NCBI RefSeq assembly: GCF_032191835.1
Contig: NC_083237.1
Coordinates: 5,332,001-5,396,000 of the forward strand
Direction of reading: 5' to 3'
DNA from: Heteronotia binoei
Lineage: Eukaryota
Length of the DNA: 64,000 bases
Shown here piece by piece: positions 38,601-51,200 of this stretch (position 1 is the first letter of the stretch; each line of letters begins with the position of its first letter). A program made the translations under genes and the position numbers. Under the pieces are notes generated by a model. It was not told the origin of the DNA, searched no databases, and saw nothing but the letters and a program-made list of their open reading frames with translations.

Positions 38601-39703
38601 GCTACTGCCTAGATTAGCTTGCTCTGGGGCCATTAGATAAAAATGTGTGAGCTGGAGGCTCAAAAACTGTGAGCTAGCTCACACTAAATCAGCTTAGAAG
38701 GAACACTGCCCACTACGTATGCCATTTCCATTCAGTTCTTACACCTGTATTCTCACCAAGAAGGGCTATATACAACTTCTTTAATTTAGTGTATTTCATA
38801 TTTGGAATAGTAGATTAAAATAGTGATTGCAATGCATTTCTCTGATTTGGTAAAAAGGGAGGCATAACAATGCACTACAAATCACCCCACCTCAAATAAA
38901 AAAAGATGTTATTCGTTACCGCCATATTTGAGAGGAGAAAGATGGAGTGTAGCAACAAGGCCTGTTAATTACTCCTAGTGCTCCACAGTTAAGGTTACAT
39001 TTACACATCTGTTTCCAATGTTGCCATTTTTACTTGCTTTACTGTTTCCCCCTGGAATTAAATCCAGTCCCTTATAAACCTAGCTTGTTATTCCTGTTTG
39101 CATCACATTTTTATTATGTTGTATGCTGACTTCTGCCTTGAATGTATAGACTGGTAAATTCAATTTCATTGTACCCGAGGTGTATGCACAGGAAAGCACG
39201 TACACTGAATAAAACTTTGTCTTAAAAATGCCCCTGGACTGAAAACGTTGTTGTCTTGTAATTAGATCCAAGCGGGCAGCCATGTTGGTCTGAAGCAGTT
39301 GAACAAAGCAGGAGTCAAGCGACACCTTTAAGACCAACTCATTTTTATTGAGAACGTCAGCTTTCGTGTGCTCTTAAACACACTTCATCAGACAAGGAAT
39401 CCAGCACAGGGAGCAGAGCCACACAGAGCTGGTAGGCAGTGGCCCAGAATGCAACATGGTACAGATTTAAGAACCAATGACAGTGAAGTGAAATTATCTG
39501 GTAGGCAGTGGTTTAGAATGTAAAATGGTACAATGACAGAATAGTAAAAATAACAAATCAAGAGCATGCGGAAGCAACAAAACAGCAGTATGCATTAAAA
39601 TTAACAAATTGAGCAAAGCTTTAATCTGAGTAGCATGAGCATGCGAAAGCAAAACAGTAGTATGGCTACCAGCATCTTGCGACTTCATGAAGCCCGCGTT
39701 CTG

Positions 39704-40181
<478 letters not shown>

Positions 40182-40214
40182 GGCTTCCGCCGCCAACGAC
40201 ACAGACGCACAAAA

Positions 40215-40230
40215 GGTCCTTTTAAGGGCC
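40215..40230 (+). terminator. Histone 3' stem-loop of H4 (G-U variant)
   Basis: GGTCCTTTTAAGGGCC followed by ACCCA; HDE GGAAGAGCTG downstream. Confidence 0.9.
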
Positions 40231-41648
40231 ACCCACGTCTCCATGGAAGAGCTGATTTGCCATGTCCCATTTTGTGATGATGAAGACCGGTTGTAAGGCG
40301 CACAATATTAAAACAAGCTTTTGAGTACAGCGGCACCTTTAAGAGCAATAAATTTTAATTTTTAAAGGGATGTTCGGATGTTGTTTTCATGGCGACCCGC
40401 CTGAATTGCAACATTTAAGCAATTACGAACGAAGGCTTTAAAGCGTTTAAACTGGTTGCTTTGTTCTGGGGTGGGTCGTTCGAGAGGTATTTCGTATTAA
40501 AAGGATATATTTTCCAGTTCCTGTGAAATTCTTGTGATTCTAATGGGTGGGTCGTTCGGGAGGTATTTCGTATTAAAACGGGATTTTTTTTTCCTTCCAG
40601 TTCCTGTGAAATCCTTGTGATTCTAATGTCACTATTTTAAAAGGGAACGTTGGCTCTCCAGATGTTTTCTGCCTACAACTCCCATCAGCCCCAGCCAGCA
40701 TGGCCAATGGCTGGGGCTGTTGGGAGTTGTAGGCAGAAAACATCTGGAGAGCCAACGTTGCCTACCCTGAAGTGGAATGAGCAGAGCAGCGAATAAGGGG
40801 ACGCACAGTAAAGGGGATCTTACCGCAGCCAATAACTGACTGCTGCGGTTAAATGGCTGAAAGCTAAACAAAGGGAAACTGATGAACCCAGACGGAACGG
40901 AAGAGATGTTTGTCGGGAAGGTCGGAAATCTTGAAGCATGTTGTGTTTTGCGCATTTGAAGCGGGGGATTTAGCTGTTCCTTATTGACAATAGCTGGGGC
41001 TGATGGGAATTGTAGGCAAAAAAACATCTGGAGAGCTACCGTTGGCCACCCCTGTGTGGATCCGGCCGCTCGTGCTGAAGAGTTCAAATGAATGCAGCTT
41101 TTAAAAAACACTTTCCCCCACTAACTCAGTCTAGCTGGGAAGTTGCCCTCCCCTTACCTGGATCCTCTAACCTGGAGGCTAGACTACCACGATGTACTCC
41201 TGTATTAAATATCCTGCACTGCAGAAGACTGCAGATTTATACCCCGCCCTTCATTCTGAATCAGAGCGGTTTACAATCTCCTATATTTTCTCCCCCCCCC
41301 CCCACACACACACAACATACGCCCTGGGGGGCGGGGTCTGTGGGGCTGAGAGAGCTCTCCCAGAAGCTGCCCTTTCAAGGACAGCTCTGCGAGAGCTATA
41401 ACTAACCCAAGGCCATTCCATCAGCTGCAAGAGGAGGAGTGGGGAATCCAACCTGGTTCTCCCCAGATAAGAGTCCGCACACTTAATCACTACACCAAAC
41501 TGGCTCTCTTGTGCAGAAGGTTGGACTAGGTGACCCTAGAGGGTCCCTTCCAACTCTATGATTCTTATGACTGCACAGGTCTGCCCTTGGTAGTCGACTC
41601 AGACACTCCAGTAGGTCCAGAATGCCCCAGCTCAGTTATTATTGGGAG

Positions 41649-41842
41649 TAGTGTTCCCCCTAAGCTGAGTTAGTGTGAGCGAGCTCACAGACTTTTAGCC
41701 TCCAGCTCTCACATTTTTGTCTTAGCTCAGGAAAAATGGCCCCAGGGCACACTAAATTCTTCAGTAGCTCACAGCTTTAATACCACTAGTTTACAAAGCA
41801 GAATCTTTGCTCACAAGACTCTGCAATTTAGAGGGAACATTG
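41649..41842. mobile_element. hAT-type MITE, same family as 26837-27030
   Basis: Same TIRs; perfect 8-bp TSD ATTGGGAG at 41641-41648 and 41843-41850. Confidence 0.88.
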
Positions 41843-43104
41843 ATTGGGAGGTAGCCTCAGCACGAACAGGGCACCCATTTTGCAGTTACTCCTAAATTTA
41901 AAAAATCAAGGTCATCCCCTGTGCAAGCACCAGTCGTTTCTGACTCTGGGGCGACGTTGCTTTCACAACGTTTTCACGGCAGACTTTTTCAGGGTGGTTT
42001 GCCATTGCCTTCCCCAGTCTTTTACACTTCCCACCCCCCCCAGCAAGCTGGGGACTCATTTGACTGACCTCAGAAGGATGGAAGGCTGAGTCAACCTCGA
42101 GCCAGCTACCTGAAACCAGCTTCCACTGGGATCGAACTAAGGTCATGAGCAGGGAGCTCAGACTGCAGTACTGCAGCTTTACCACTACTCCTAAATTACC
42201 AGACCCTATATGACCAGACGCTCTCACATGCAACCAACACCCTCCATCAGGGCCCTGGGTCATCCTTTTAGGCGGCTTGTAAGTCCCAGTCTTGGCCTGT
42301 TGCTTATTTAATGCCCCTTTGTAGCAGCTTGCAGGGTGACCCAATTTGCAGCTTCTGAGCAAGGCAAACTAAATGTGGAATGAAGTTCCACAGTGTGCAT
42401 GCTGTGGAAGGGTCCAGTGGCCCCTTTAAGACCAACTAGTTTAATTCTGGGTGTAAACCGTGGCATGCTTGAGCTTCTACCCAGAATTAAATTTGATCTT
42501 AAAGGCAAATGTTATGTTTAATAACTGCAACACAGTTTTAATTTTAGTGAATGGTTTTAACCTTTGGAACAGTTTCCTCTCTATATAGGGCTCTTGCTAG
42601 CCATTCCCCACATCTTTACCAAACCCAGTTCAAATGGGAGTACTAGAAAAGTCTCTAGACTCCAGAAATTCCCTGCCGTTAGGGGTGGCTAAACCTGCTT
42701 AAGGTAAGAGCTGCATAAAGGTCAGATTTGAGAGCCATAAGATATAAAGGTCAGCTGAAGGAAGGAAGTGTCTATGTTCCAAAAACTCCCTAACAGCAGA
42801 GGTGGCCAAACCTGCTTAAGGCAAGAGCCGCATAGCGAGAGCCACAAGATATAAATGCCAGCTGAAGGTGGAGAGGTGGAAAGAAAGCAACTTTAACTTA
42901 AGATGCATTTTTCAAGCTGCTAGCTGGCTCGGAGAAGCGATTTAAAGAGGCAAATGCCTTCTCCAAGCCGGCCAACAGGGTGAGGGGGCCTGAAAGCCAC
43001 ACAATGTGTGTGAGCTTGCCAGTTTGGCCACCTCTGCCCAACAGCATTAAGACTCAAAACTTTTGTTCTGAAAGTGGAGCAAGCTCTTTTAGGATCCTGT
43101 GGGT

Positions 43105-43120
43105 GGCTCTGAAAAGAGCC
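43105..43120 (-). terminator. Histone 3' stem-loop of H2A
   Basis: Minus strand GGCTCTTTTCAGAGCC-ACCCA; HDE AAAAGAGCTT at 43081-43090. Confidence 0.95.
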
Positions 43121-43163
43121 TTTTTGGGGGAAAGCGTAAGATGAAGGATCTTCGGAGCCGGCC

Positions 43164-43757
<594 letters not shown>

Positions 43758-43775
43758 CTAAACTTTTAGGAAAGG

Positions 43776-44480
43776 GTAGAACAAAATAGGAGTCGATTGC
43801 ACCTTTAAGACCCACCTGGTTTTATTCAGAACGTTAGCTTTCGTGTGCATGCACACTTCTTCAGGTACAGTAAGCAGAACCACATATAGCTGGTGGGGTT
43901 TGGAATACAAAGTGGCACAAAGTTAAAATCCAATATCTGAATAGTAAATCTCTCTGATACTCATAGTTCCCTTTTGTTAGGCGTTAGGATTAATTGAGAA
44001 ATATAAATCCAAGCGGGCAGCCGTGTTGGTCTGAAGTAGTAGAACAAAATAGGAGTCGATTGCACCTTTAAGACCAACTTAATTTTATTCAGGACGTCAG
44101 CTTTCGTGCGCATGCACTCTTCTTCAGACGAGGAATGAGGTACAGTAAGTAGAGCCACATATAGCTGGTGGGGTTTGGAATACAAAGTGGCACAAATTTA
44201 AAATCCAATAGCTGAATAGTAAATCTCTCTGATACTCATAGTTCCCTTTTGTTAGGCGTTAGGATTAATTGAGAAATATAAATCCAAGCGGGCAGCCGTG
44301 TTGGTCTGAAGTAGTAGAACAAAATAGGAGTCGATTGCACCTTTAAGACCAACTTAATTTAATTCAGGACGTCAGCTTTCGTGCGCATGCACTCTTCTTC
44401 AGACGAGGAATGAGGTACAGTAAGCAGGACCGCATATAGCTGGTGGGGTTTGGAATGCCAAGTGGCACAAAGTTAAAACC
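43776..44480. repeat. About 275-bp tandem repeat (about 2.7 units) of a Penelope-like terminal segment
   Basis: GTAGAACAAAATAGGAGTCGATTGCACCTTTAAGACC recurs at 43776, 44039, 44314. The Penelope assignment rests on resemblance to reptile PLE ends and is tentative. Confidence 0.6.
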
Positions 44481-44698
44481 CAATAGCGGAACAGTAAAAT
44501 TAACAAATTCAGAAAACCTTTGATCTGGGTTGAATTAGCATGCGAAACCATAAAACAGTAACATGTCAGAATGTGAGAATGTCTGTTAATTAGTCTATTG
44601 CTGATAAACCTGGGTCAAAAAGAAGGTATTTCTTTCCCAGAAGTTTTTCCTGGCCAACTAATTGACCTTTTATCGCGAGGGCCAACTCGGCAACGGTG

Positions 44699-45068
44699 AT
44701 TGGCTGAGAGCAAAGCCCCCCTTCCAATGACAATGCGCTTCTCTCATTCTCATTCAAAAATAACAGAACGTGCTAAGTTGTCAACCAATGAGGAAGGGCC
44801 AACGTTTGGGAAAGTAGTTTCGTGCGCTTTATTCTCTTATCGTTACTATTTGGCGGGGGTTTCTTGCCAGCAGGCCAATAGACTGAACAAGGGTGGGAAG
44901 TTCCCATTTGCGCAACAGGGAAGGGGGCGTAACCTGGAGTTTGCAGAGGAAGCCAAGTTTCTCTTTTGCAAAAAGTTTGCTTGGAGGCGGTTCCTGAGAT
45001 CTCCTGCAGCTGAGAGACGGAGCCTCTTCCGGAGCAGCAAAGCTGAGCCTAGGAGAGGACCGGTAAGC
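44699..45068 (+). promoter_or_regulatory. CCAAT-rich promoter-like segment with candidate non-coding first exon and splice donor
   Basis: ATTGG 44699, CCAAT 44724, 44785, 44875; CpG-rich non-repetitive sequence; CG|GTAAGC donor at 45063. Confidence 0.5.
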
Positions 45069-46337
45069 ACGCTTGCGGGTGGCGCTTTGGGGTTTCGGCG
45101 GTGGACGGACCCTCCTTTCTCCGAAAGTTTATCGGAGGCAGAGAAATCGACTGGGAGGCTGGAAGAGGGCTGGTCGCGAGCTCCCCGCACCCTCCGGGTC
45201 TAGGAACTCCCTCGCAGATCGCTTCCAGTTTGGTATCGTGGTTAAGTGCGCGGACTCTTATGTGGGAGAACCGGGTTTGATTTCTCACAGCTCCACATTG
45301 CAGCTGCTGGAATGGCCTTGGGTCAGCCAGAACACTCGCAGAGGTTGTTCTTGAAAGAGCAGCTTCTGGGAGAGCCCTCTCAGCCCCAGCCAGTTTGGTG
45401 TAGTGGTTAAGTGCGCGGACTCTTATCTGGGAGAACCAGGTTTGATTCCCCACTCCTCCACTTGCACCTGCTGGAATGGCCTTGGGTCAGCCAGAGCTCT
45501 CTTATCTGGGAGAACCGGGTTGGATTCCCCACTCCTCCACTTGCACCTGCTGGAATGGCCTTGGGTCAGCCAGAGCTCTCTTATCTGGGAGAACCGGGTT
45601 GGATTCCCCACTCCTCCACTTGCACCTGCTGGAATGGCCTTGGGTCAGCCAGAGCTCTCTTATCTGGGAGAACCGAGTTTGATTCCCCACTCCTCCACTT
45701 GCAGCTGCTGGAATGGTCTTGGGTCAGCCATCGCTCTGGCAGAGGTTGTCCTTGAAAGGGCAGCTGCTGAAAGAGTTCTCTCAGCCCCACCCACCTCACA
45801 GGTTGTCTGTTGTGGGGGAGGAAGGGAAAGGATACTGTGAGCAGCTCTGAGATTTGGAGTGGAGGGCGGGATATAAATCCAGTATCCAATCCACCCACCT
45901 CCCAGGGTGTCTGGGGTGGGGAGAAGGTAGAGAGCCAGTTTGATGTAGTGGTTAAGTGGGTTTGATTCCCCACTCCTCCACTTGCAGCTGCTGGAATGGC
46001 CTTGGGTCAGCCATAGCTCTTGCTAAGTGGTTAAGTGTGCAGATTCCTATCTGGGAGAACCGAGTTTGATTCCCTGCTCCTCCACTTGCAGATGCTGGAA
46101 CGGCCTTGGGTCAGCCAGAGCTGTTGCAGGAGTTGTTCTTGAAAGGACAGCTGCTGCAAGAGCTCTCACAGCCCCACCCACCTCACAGGGTGTATGTTGT
46201 GGGGGAGGAAGATAAAGGAGATTGTGAGCCGCTCTGAGACTCTTGAGATTCAGAGTGAAGGGCAGGATATAAATGCAATATTTTCTTCTTCTTCCTGAGA
46301 GACAGTACTTTGGACGGAAGTCTCCTTGGCTGTGCAG

Positions 46338-48218
46338 ATGGCCCACAGCTTCGAGGCCTTTGAGCGGGACGTCCAGCGGGTCACGGAGGCCCTCTCGCAA
46401 GAAGCCATGGCGAGTCGTTGGCCGCCTTCATCCATTTCCCAGCGCTACCAGGACAACAGAGACGGAACGGTCAGGGAGATCCTAGATAGATCCCCGCCCT
46501 GCCTGATCCCTCTGGATCTGCTGCACCGCTATTTCTCGGACGTGTTTAATCGAGACGACGCCAGGGGCGGCGGGCCCCGGCCAGAAAACCTGCCCCGGCT
46601 TCCCCGCGTGGAGTCCCACAACGTCCTGATGGAGCCCGTCACCCCGGAAGAAGTGAAAGCCATGTTCAAGCGCAAGAAGAACTCCAGCCCCGGCGTAGAT
46701 GGGATCCGCTTCCGCCAGCTGAAAAAGTGGGACCCGGAAGGCAGGAAACTGACGGACGTCTTGGAGAGATGCAGGCAGTTCGGGCGCGTCCCGGCCGACT
46801 GGAAGAGAGCCAGGACTTTCCTCAAATTCAAGCAGGGTGACCTCGGCGACCCCAGCAACTGGCGACCCCGGCAACTCTGCAACACCATATACAAGCTCTA
46901 TGCCAGGTGCCTGGCTGCCCGCATCACCCTGTGGGCCCAGGAAGGGGAAACCCTCAGTCCCCAGCAGAAAGGCTTCCAGGCCCAAGTGGGCATCGCCGAG
47001 CACCGCTTCCTCGTGCAGGCGGTGCTGAACGTGGCCCGCGAAAACAGGGGGGAGTGCGCCGTGGCCTTCCTGGACCTTGCCGACGCCTATAGCTCCATCC
47101 CGCGCTGCCACATCTTTGAGACGCTGGAGGAGTTTGGCATGCCCGAAGAGTTCGTGGACCTCCTCCGGGAGCTGTACGACGGGTGGACCGTAGAGGTGAA
47201 GAATAAGGGAGAAAAGGCAGAGTTCCCATTCCGGACGGGACTCATGCAAGGGTGCCCCCTGAGCCCCATCCTGTTCCAGCTGGGCATAGAGCCGCTCCTC
47301 CGTTGCATCGGTGGCCAGTCGCGCGGCTTTGGCCTGCATGGTGTAAGAGTCGGCGTGCTGGCTTACACCGATGACTTAGCGCTGGTTGCCGAGAGTGCCG
47401 AAGAGCTGCAAAGCATGCTGGACGACGCCACGGCCGCCGCTGACTGGATCGGCCTGCGCTTCAAGGCTGGGAAGTGCAGATCGCTCCACTGCAGAGGCGG
47501 AATCTGTCGGCTGACCCAGTTCAGAGTCCAGGGGGAGGCCATTGCCTTCCTGAGGGAAAGAGAAACAGTCCAGTACCTGGGAAGGCCCATCAGCTTCCGA
47601 AGGCAGCCGGAGAACCTCGCTTCTCACTTTGAGGACAAGTTGGACAGGATCGGGGAATCGCGGCTCAGTCGCTGGCAGAAAGCTAACGTGATGATGTGGA
47701 ATCTGTTGCCGACTACTCTGTCCGAGCTGAGAGAGAGGCACGTCCCGAATAAAGAGCTGTGCAGGATCAAGTGCGAAATCGCAAATGCGCTCTCCCAGTG
47801 GGACCCCGACGATCAGAGACGGGGCAAAGACCTGAAGGTGCAACAGCTGAGCGACATCGAAGTGGTCAGCCACGCCGCCTTCCTGCTCTCCAGCCCCGAC
47901 AGGGTCGTGAAAGCTGTAGCCCTCGGCGCCCTTCGGGGCATCGTCCACGAGAGCTTTGCCCAGGATCCTACCGATGAAGACTTGGCTTCATACCTGAACG
48001 GGTACCGGGAAGACCAGACTCATCACCGCAGTGGGACTTCCACTTCCTTGTGGGCCCGGGCCAGATATGCTACTCGGCGACTCAACAAACTCATTGGCTG
48101 TCAGTGGAGAGAGTGCAACGGTGAACTGCGATTGGAAGTGCTCAGACGCCTCATAGAGGAACGCAAGAACCTGGCACGTACTCTCAAACGTGCTGTGAAA
48201 AACTACTTACCAATGTAA
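46338..48218 (+). CDS. Reverse transcriptase-only protein derived from an R2/NeSL/Utopia-clade non-LTR retrotransposon (626 aa from ATG 46338)
   Basis: Uninterrupted ORF with motifs SPGVDG, SNWRP, QQKGF, FLDLADAY, GLMQGCPLSP, LAYTDDLAL (YTDD at 47364-47375), GLRFKAGKC and YLG, then SRWQK and LWARAR typical of RLE-clade elements. No CCHC knuckle or PD..D endonuclease before the stop. Confidence 0.9.
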   Translation: MAHSFEAFERDVQRVTEALSQEAMASRWPPSSISQRYQDNRDGTVREILDRSPPCLIPLDLLHRYFSDVFNRDDARGGGPRPENLPRLPRVESHNVLMEPVTPEEVKAMFKRKKNSSPGVDGIRFRQLKKWDPEGRKLTDVLERCRQFGRVPADWKRARTFLKFKQGDLGDPSNWRPRQLCNTIYKLYARCLAARITLWAQEGETLSPQQKGFQAQVGIAEHRFLVQAVLNVARENRGECAVAFLDLADAYSSIPRCHIFETLEEFGMPEEFVDLLRELYDGWTVEVKNKGEKAEFPFRTGLMQGCPLSPILFQLGIEPLLRCIGGQSRGFGLHGVRVGVLAYTDDLALVAESAEELQSMLDDATAAADWIGLRFKAGKCRSLHCRGGICRLTQFRVQGEAIAFLRERETVQYLGRPISFRRQPENLASHFEDKLDRIGESRLSRWQKANVMMWNLLPTTLSELRERHVPNKELCRIKCEIANALSQWDPDDQRRGKDLKVQQLSDIEVVSHAAFLLSSPDRVVKAVALGALRGIVHESFAQDPTDEDLASYLNGYREDQTHHRSGTSTSLWARARYATRRLNKLIGCQWRECNGELRLEVLRRLIEERKNLARTLKRAVKNYLPM

Positions 48219-51200
48219 GGAGCTGTCATGGGCCAGGCAACCCAAGGATTCATGTGCCGGGCTCTTCCAAAAGTAGCTGTGGGGATGCTCACAATCCCTG
48301 CTTGTCTCCTAGAGAGATTCCATCCCACACAATGCCGCTAGCAGCACTCGATGCTGTGGAACATGGCACAAGGCAGCAGCATTAGTGCCTTCTAAATGGA
48401 ATCCCAGTTCTACTCTTGATCTCAGCCAAAAGACCGAGAATCCCAGTCTTGAAAACAAAGTCACCCAGAGCCACGTTATGCCTGGATTCGAACGCTGGCT
48501 CGGAAGAGACGTTCTATGAATGAAGTGAAACAACGAGCGATGATGCGGAATTTCTCAACTTTGTTTAACGTACGCTTGTTTTCTCTTTTAATATGAGCTT
48601 TTTTTTTTCCCCTTTAAGGAACATGGCCGTTAGATGTGCAGCAGATAGATGTTAATCTCTGCTTTTTAAGTTTGCAGTCGCAGTTTCTGGATTGAAGTGA
48701 TGTTTATATCCCGTGATGTGCCTCAAGTATCTTCATTAAATTACTCATCGTTATTACTAACTCCACCTTAATGTGTTTAACAGGCTGCTTTTCCATTTCT
48801 GCATCTGAACGTGGGAACGTATCCTGCCTGCATCTTGTTTGGAGCTGTGTGCTGGTGGTACATGATTTTGCAGTACGTGTATGCAGTGAGGGGGGGGGGG
48901 GGGATCCCAAAAATTTAAAAAAAGTTATCTCTGGTATTTGCTTCAGTAGTTCATCTCGATGGGTAGTCCTCAGTCTGTCTGGAGCAGCCGAAAAGAGCAG
49001 GAGTCAAGGAGCACTTGAAAGACAGACAAAATTTGTGGCAGGAGCTTTTGTGAGTTGCTTCTCACCTCACAGTGAGCCCCGCGGCGCAGAGTGGTAAAGC
49101 TGCAGCACTGCAGTCGGAGCCCTCTGCTCACGACCTGAGTTCGATTCCAGCGGAAGCCGGTTCAAGTAGCTGGCTCCAGGTTGACTCAGCCTTCCACCCT
49201 TCCGAGGTCGGTCAAATGAGCCCCCAGCTTGCTGTGGGGGAAAGTGTGGATGACTGGGGAAGGCAATGGCAAACCACCCCGTAAAAAGTCTGCCGTGAAA
49301 ACGTTGTGAAAGCAGCATCACCCCAGAGTCGGAAATGACTGGTGCTTGCACAGCGGACCTTTCCTTGCCTCTCACTTCTTCAGATACTTTGGGTTATCCC
49401 ATACTGAAGGGATCTGAAGAAGCAAGCAGTGACCCAAAAGCTCTTACCTGCCACAGACTTCTTGCTCTTTTCTACTTCCAGCTCATTTTGGTTTTGTTTC
49501 CCCTAAAAAGATCACATTATTGCACTGCAACCAACGTTCCCTCTAAGCTGCAGTTTTGTGAGCAAAAATTCTACTTTGTGAGCTCCTGGCAGGCCTCGGC
49601 TTCAGCAGAAGCTCACAGGAGTGCAGCTCCTGAACCTTTCTGAGGGTCTTGCAGGCCTGGAATAAAATGATATCAAAAATGTGCAATAGTGCCATAAGAA
49701 AAGGGAAGCTGTCCTCTCGCCGCATGCAAGAAACAGTAGAATAGCTAAAAGAGGAACTAAGCTTGCAGACGCTTGCTGGAATAACACATTTAGTAAACGC
49801 ACCTAGGAAATGTCCTGAGAGCAGGAATGAAGAGGGCAAAACAGGCTTATGATAAAGGCTATTGCGCTAAGAGGCTAGTAACGTTAATGCCATATACGGA
49901 ATAGACTCTGCAGCCCCTCCTTGTTCCATATGTAAAATGGAACTTTAATGCCAGCAGCCCTGGCTACTGGTATTAAAGCTATGAGCTGCTGGCATTAACG
50001 TTGTGGGCAACTGCATAAATTATTGTGCTCCGGGGCCGTTTTCCCTGAGCTAAGACAAAAATGTGTGAGCTGGAGGCGAAAAAGCTATGAGCCAGCTCAC
50101 GCTAACCCCACTTAGAGGGAATGCTGCTCCCAAGTCTGCTGTCAAAGGAAGGCCTTGAAGAAGGCGGAAGGATTTGTAATGCTGCTTGCGTAGCACCCCC
50201 TGCCCCATGCTCTGAAATCTCTTTCAAGGGCAGGATTACCCTGAACAAAAAACCTGAGGGCAGGGGATGGCTCTTCCTCAGGAAATACAGGCTTCCGTTC
50301 GCTTGCGTGCTTAACAAATTGTTTTTCCCGTTCTGCACAGCCAAACGGAAGCCCTACTGGGCAATATGTCTACCTAGCTCCACCCACTTTCTAAAAGCAT
50401 TTAGCGGGCACCAGGAAAGGTGTCCAGGTTGGAGACAACGTTCCCTCTGAGCTGCAGAGTCTTGTGAGCAAAAATTCTACTTTGTGAGCTGCTGGCATTA
50501 AAGTGGTGAGCGACTGGGATAAATGAGTGTGCTCTGGGGCCATTTTTCCCGAGCGAAGAAAAAAATGTGTGAGCCGGAGGCTGAAAAGCTTACACTAACT
50601 CAGCTTAGAGGGAACGCTGGTTGAGGATTTCTGTACTATGTTGTCTGTCCTATAATGGAGCCCTGGTCTTTCTAGCAACTGACTTTAGGCAAGCCCTCAG
50701 CTTGGACCTTATATCTCTCATACAATGTTCCTTGAGAGAGAAGAGCCCTTTTATTTATTTGCAGAATTTGTATTCTGCTTTTCCACCCTTACAAGGGGGC
50801 CACCAGGGTGGTGAATCATTTTTTTAAAAAATTATTTAATTCACTGTCACCCTGTCTTTCTCCCCCGTGGGAACTTAAGGCAGCTTACATCATTTTCCTT
50901 TCCCCCACTTTCTCCTCACAACAACCCTGTGTGGTAGGTTAGGCGCTGAGAGAGTGTGGTGGGCTCAAAGTCACCAGCCGGCTTCCCTGACAGGGTAGGG
51001 ATTTGAACCTGGGTCTCGGATACTACTGCAGCACTTCCCACTGCATCACAAAGGGTTAAACAGGATTATGCTACATTTTAAAAGCATTGTTTTTCCCCCA
51101 TCCTGTTTAACATGCATTTTTAACAGTTTTGTACATATTTTCACACTTTTAATTGTTTTAATGATGTGTTCTGAACATGCATGATTAAAATATTTATTTT

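Noticed and set aside
40469-40627. Two tandem copies of about 76-83 nt downstream of H4 (similar case at 16249-16540)
   Set aside because: Simple local duplications with no evident structure or function.
44930-45010. Faint resemblance to the H2B 5' coding sequence (GCCAAGT...AAAAAG...GAGGCGGT)
   Set aside because: Too weak to call an H2B pseudogene by eye; needs an HMM alignment.
45218-45226. ATCGCTTC matching the U2 snRNA 5' end upstream of the Utopia-like ORF
   Set aside because: Only 8 nt and more than 1 kb from the ORF; chance match, not a U2 target site.
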